NCBI GenBank assembly: GCA_965205655.1 | Contig: CBDBIJ010000111.1 | Coordinates: 1-12,165 of the forward strand | Source: Candidatus Latescibacterota bacterium | GTDB lineage: Bacteria; Latescibacterota; UBA2968; UBA8231 | DNA: 12,165 bases | Direction: 5' to 3' | Shown here: positions 7,810-12,165 of the stretch, in pieces | How positions within the stretch are numbered: position 1 is the stretch's first letter | How the letters are laid out: every line of letters begins with the position of its first letter | Made by a program: the position numbers and the translations under genes | The notes under the pieces: model-generated | The model's input: only the letters and a program-made list of their open reading frames with translations | The model's database searches: none | What the model was told of the DNA's origin: nothing

Positions 7810-7898
7810 AACCCCGGTGGTGGAGAGGACTACCAACCCGTCGGCCATCGATGGCGGTCTCCAGCCGCCCGCCGCGGGTGCCAGCGAACAGAGCTAAC

Positions 7899-10800
7899 AT
7901 GGCGCGACACATTTCTTCAGCTGTCATCTTCTTCCTCCTCATCCTGCAGGATCCCCTCCTGGCAGCCGTTCTCGAGCTGCGCCAGAGTGGGACCGAGGCC
8001 TCCGAGATCTCCGTCCTGGTGGGCGACGAGATCGAGGTTGAATTGTGGGTGGATTCCGAGAACCAGCTTCTCTCGGGAGCGGCTGTTTTTCTCAGTTTCG
8101 ACGAGCACGTGTTCGAGCTCGTCGGCGGCGACCGTGTGCCCGCTGAAGCCGGCTTCCAGCCCTTTGCACCCGGCGAATTCCTGCGTAGCGGTGAGGTCTT
8201 CCGAAACGCCTTGCTCGACCCTTCAGACCCGGCTGCGGCTCAGGCCGGTTCACAACTGGATTACAGCATCGTTCGCGCCGATGATCAGGGACGCGGTACA
8301 ACTGCTTCCTTCAAACTCCGAGCCAAGGCCCCAGCGGCCGGCAGTGGCATCCGCATCGACGAAAGTGGCATCCGAGAGACCCGCTACTTCACGCCCGACG
8401 GCAGCCATCAGCCATTCCGCTTCATCACCCCACTGAACGTGACGGTGGAGGGCATCGGTATCGACGGCCTGCCCTCCGAGCTCGTCCTGGCGCGGGGCCA
8501 GGTGGACAGCACGACCTTCTGGCTCGACGACGTCATCTTCGACCCCCTTTAGATCCGCGAAGCATCGAATGGTCCCTTTCGTCCGTCGGTGCGTTGACGT
8601 TGGAGAGGAATTTCGAGACGAACCGACTGATCCTCGTCGCTCCCGAGTCTGAGTCCGGGTGGGAGCGCCTGACGCTCACCGCGACGAATCCCGATGGCCA
8701 GTCGGTCTCGACCTTCGTCGACATCTACGTGAATGCGGCCCCCGATCTCCCGGATCAGCTCGACGACGTCGCCCTTGAGGAAGACGGCGTTTTCGAACTG
8801 TCACTCGACGACGTCGTCGACGATCCGGACACACCGACCCACAAGCTCGTCTGGACGGCTACATCGTCGCCTCAGCTTTCTGTCGCGGTCGAGGGCCCCC
8901 CTTACATCGCCCGTATCCGACCGGCGCAAAACTGGAGTGGCGATGGACTGATTTCACTCGTCGCCAGGGACGAATTCGGGTTTTCGGACTCCACCGTCGT
9001 CCAGGTTTCAGTCGGCCCCGTCAACGACCCGCCGCTGCTGCTCATGGCGCCGAATCTGCGAATTGTTCGAGGCCGGCAGGACTCCAGCCTCGTGTTGAGC
9101 GACTTGCTGTTCGACCAGGAAGACACCCCCACCGATCTGCGATTGAGCTGGAGCGGCGAGGAGCGCTTGTCGCTGGAGTTGCGCGGTGACCGCCTTTTCG
9201 TCGCCGCGCCGATGGATTGGCAGGGGACCGAAACGATTCAGCTGCAGGTGGAGGACTCACAGGGCCTGACCTCGACTGCTCCCCTGACGGTGTCGGTCGT
9301 CGCTTCCCTTGCGCCCGTGATCGAAGACCCGCCCGAGCGTCTCGGCTTGAGCGTCGGCGAGATCTCCGTGCTCGACCTGAAGCAGCTTGTCGTCGACCCC
9401 GACGATCAGCCAGCCGATCTACGTTGGAGCGTCAGCGGTCAGGCGCTTCTGGAGGTCCAGCTCAGCACCTCAGGGGCCGCCCGCATCGAAGCACCAACGG
9501 ACTTTTCCGACGTCGAAACCCTGACGTTCACCGTCACCGACCCCAGCGGAGAGTCGGCCTCTTTTCAGCTGTTGATCTTCGCCGCAACTCTGGCGGGAGA
9601 ACCCTTCATCGCGCCGATCCCCACCCTCGAGGTGCCCCAGGGTGGGGTCGATGCGTCCCTCGATCTCGACGACTTCATTCTCGACACCGATCACGATCCC
9701 GAAGAAATGGAGTGGTTCACGCCTGCCGTCGACGGCGTCGATCTGCGCGTCGATCCCATTACCCACGTGCTCAGCGTGTCGGTAAGCGACTCGGCCGCTG
9801 TCTCGTCACTGGCTCTCGAACTGCGGGTCGTCGATCCCGACGGTCATGAATCCACCCGATCCTGGTCGTTGCGCATAGTCGGCACGGACGGCAGCGAGCC
9901 CATCGCCGTGCCGCCCGCTCCAACACTGGCCCCTCTTCCCTCCCTCACGATCAAGGCGGGTGAATTCGACCAGTCGATCATTCTCGACGAGTACGTCGAC
10001 GGCGTCGATCCCGCAGTTTTGAGTTGGGAGATCACCGGCAATGAGCACTCACAGGTCTTTGTCGATCCCGAGAGCCACACGCTCACTGTCCTGGCCGATG
10101 CCGATTGGAGTGGGTCCGACGTCCTCGTGCTCCGCGGAACTGACCTGGCCGGGAATACGGTCGAGGGTTTGGTCGGCGTGGAGATTCTCGCTGCCGAATT
10201 CGAATTTGCCCTTCCGGAGCTCACTGAGATCTCGGCGTTCGCCGGCGACACCTCCATCGAGCTGGATCCGAACGTGCTTGTGACCGGTGCTAATCCCGCC
10301 GAGCTGACCTGGGAAGCGCGGGGGTCGCAGCCGATTGCCGTGACCTTCGATCCCGACACCGAGCGATTGGTCCTGACTGCGGCCGGCTTTCACGAGGACA
10401 CCGAGGAGATAACACTCGTCGCACGAGAGGAGGAAGGCCGTGAGGTCATTGGTCGAGTGATTGTTCGAGCCCATCCCGCTGACGGTTCCCACGGCGTCGA
10501 GATACCGAAGCTGCGCGTGGCGGTCGTGCCGAACGCCGTCCAGCCCGACTATCTCGACGTCTTCGTGGTCAGCGACATCGAGCTTTCGCGTTCACCGAGA
10601 TTACGCGCCCGCGAGTCTGATTGGTCCGACCTCACTGTCTCGGGAGCTGCCCCCGGCATCTGGCACGGTTCCTACGTTCTCAGGCCGGGTATTGAAGGTG
10701 CTGTTGGCCTGCTTGCGCTGGCGATGGATGAGCAGCAGGAAGCCTTGAAAGCGACCCTCGACCTCTCGGTCGGCACGGCGCTCCCCGCCAGTGCCAAGAC

Positions 10801-11686
10801 AGTGAGCGCCGCCGGTGCCAGTGTCCGTTTCGAACCCAACGCCTTCTCCCGTGAGGCCGTCGTTGCTCTCATTCCCACTCCCGTTGGCAACGCCGGCCCC
10901 GAGCTCACTGTCGTGGACGGCGGCTTCTCCGTCCATTCACCGCAGTCCTACGAGGGCAGCGGCTACATCACAATCAGCGTGACCGCTGACGCTGCGCAGG
11001 GCCGACTCGGCCTCTACCGCTGGGACAGCACCGAATCTCGTTGGATCCATCTCGAGAGCGATCTGACCGGTCACAGCTTGCGAGCACCCCTCGAGCGGCT
11101 CGGCCGCTTCGCCGTGCTGCTCGACGCCACGTCACCTCGATTCGAGGGAGTGGACGCGGAGCGCACAGAGCTTCGCCTCCGTTGGAAAGACGAGGGCAGT
11201 GGATTGGGTGCGGCCACGGTGTGGGTGGATGCCGATCGGGAACTCCCGGCGTCATCCTATTGGTGGGAAGGGGAACTGCTCGTCGTCGACACCGGTGGCT
11301 TGTCCAGCGGCGAACGGAGGATCAAAGCTCGTATCTCTGACAAAGCTGGAAACGCGACTGTTGTCGAACAGCTGGTTTCCGTCGCGGCCGCCGCAACACC
11401 TGGCCGCTTCGCGCTGCATCAGAACTACCCCAACCCATTCAACCCCTCCACCGTCATCCCCTTCACGGTTCCCGCTGAGCATCGTTCGCACGTCCGGCTC
11501 GACGTCTTCAACATGGCGGGCCAGCACGTGCGCCAGCTGCTGAGCGCGGGCTTGCCGTCGGGACGGCACGAGCTTGTTTGGGATGGCATGGACCGGTCTG
11601 GACGACAGGTCTCTTCCGGCGTCTATCTGTATCGGATCGAAACAGCCGGAACGATGCAGGTGCGCAGAATGACCCTGCAGCGCTGA
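7899..11686 (+). CDS. Large secreted protein: signal peptide, cohesin-like domain, tandem cadherin/Ig-like repeats, C-terminal FlgD-Ig/T9SS type A-like domain; frameshift near 8550 (about 1262 aa if corrected)
   Basis: MARHISSAVIFFLLILQDPLLA signal; VGDEIEVELWV...GAAVFLSFD cohesin-like pattern; ~90-aa repeats with LDDVVDDPD, LFDQED, VVDPDD, FILDTD; C-terminal QNYPNPFNPST...WDG...SSGVYLYRI. The downstream frame is open from 8552 (DPRSIEWSL) and completes the repeat cut by TAG 8550. Confidence 0.85.
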
Positions 11687-11758
11687 GCTGCGCTGCCATC
11701 CTCCGCCAGCATACTACCGCATTGCCCGCGGGCTCTCCCGGCTCGGGTGTGCAGCTCC

Positions 11759-12165
11759 CTATTCCGATCGCCCCAGTTCCACGATCTGCCCGTCCCGCGT
11801 GACGATGACCTCCGTGCCGGTGCCCGCCGCCAGGTGTTGCGCATCGCGGGCTATCGCATCCATGCACGCGTCGTCGCTTTCGGGGCTGTGGTGGAACAGC
11901 GCTACTGTCTTGACTCCGGCGGCCGTCGCTTCCCCGATCGCCTCGACGTAGTCGCTGTGCCCCCATCGTTGCCTGTCCGGGTCTGGTGGATCCGGCGCGT
12001 CCATTATCCACAGGTCCGCGCCCTTCGCGAATTCGTGAAGTCTCGCATCCACCGCCTCGTCGCCAATCTCATGGTCGGTGGAGTAGACGAGCGAGTTCCG
12101 CCCAAATTCGGCCCTGTAGCTGTAGGTCGTCGTAGAGTGGTTGCACTCGCAGCGGTAGAGGTTGA
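11759..12165 (-). CDS. Metallo-beta-lactamase-fold hydrolase (RNase Z/PhnP-like), 3' part; starts outside the window
   Basis: Frame open to the edge: CNH, YSYR, LVYSTDHE, GADLWIMDA, WGHS, LFHHSPESDD match C-terminal MBL motifs. The HxHxDH motif lies outside the window. Confidence 0.88.
   Translation of the reverse strand, partial: NLYRCECNHSTTTYSYRAEFGRNSLVYSTDHEIGDEAVDARLHEFAKGADLWIMDAPDPPDPDRQRWGHSDYVEAIGEATAAGVKTVALFHHSPESDDACMDAIARDAQHLAAGTGTEVIVTRDGQIVELGRSE

Noticed and set aside
7422..7898. 159-aa N-terminal extension of the ORF-track protein 7422-8552
   Set aside because: Arg/Pro-rich, spans both sigma54 motifs and overlaps the divergent gene; the signal peptide starts at 7899.
8543..8552. 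Programmed frameshift or phase variation at CCCCCTTTAG
   Set aside because: Run is short for phase variation, no clear stimulatory structure, and similar indels occur nearby in unrelated genes.
11677..11757. Hairpins at the convergent gene ends (GCAGCGC-TGAGCT-GCGCTGC; GAGCTGCGC/GTGCAGCTC) as terminator or SECIS
   Set aside because: No U-tract on either strand, and the TGA falls at the natural end of the C-terminal domain, so recoding is not indicated.
1..12165. CRISPR array, tRNA/rRNA, prophage, retron/RT or defence system
   Set aside because: No spaced repeat array, cloverleaf or diagnostic protein motifs seen. The HD and MBL hydrolases look like housekeeping types and are not clustered.

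Overview
GC-rich bacterial window; the protein repertoire suggests an FCB-group organism such as Ca. Latescibacterota (inference only). In order: hflX (+); an HD-domain hydrolase gene (-) split by a complete IS30-family element (1929-3175, 2-bp AC target duplication, reading frame restored on removal); a frameshifted TM/coiled-coil gene (-); a lower-GC segment with a 23-aa beta-repeat membrane protein and an OmpA-domain protein (+); an apparent breakpoint near 5960 where two incomplete genes meet; a secreted Asp-box protein (-) and a ~1260-aa cohesin-like/cadherin-like/FlgD-T9SS-type CTD protein (+), transcribed divergently from two well-spaced sigma54 -24/-12 motifs; and the 3' end of a metallo-beta-lactamase-fold hydrolase (-). 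Four single-base indels and a 17-bp duplication may be sequencing or assembly errors. No rRNA, tRNA or CRISPR array was seen. The best candidate for an undescribed system is the divergent sigma54 surface-protein pair, which remains a hypothesis.
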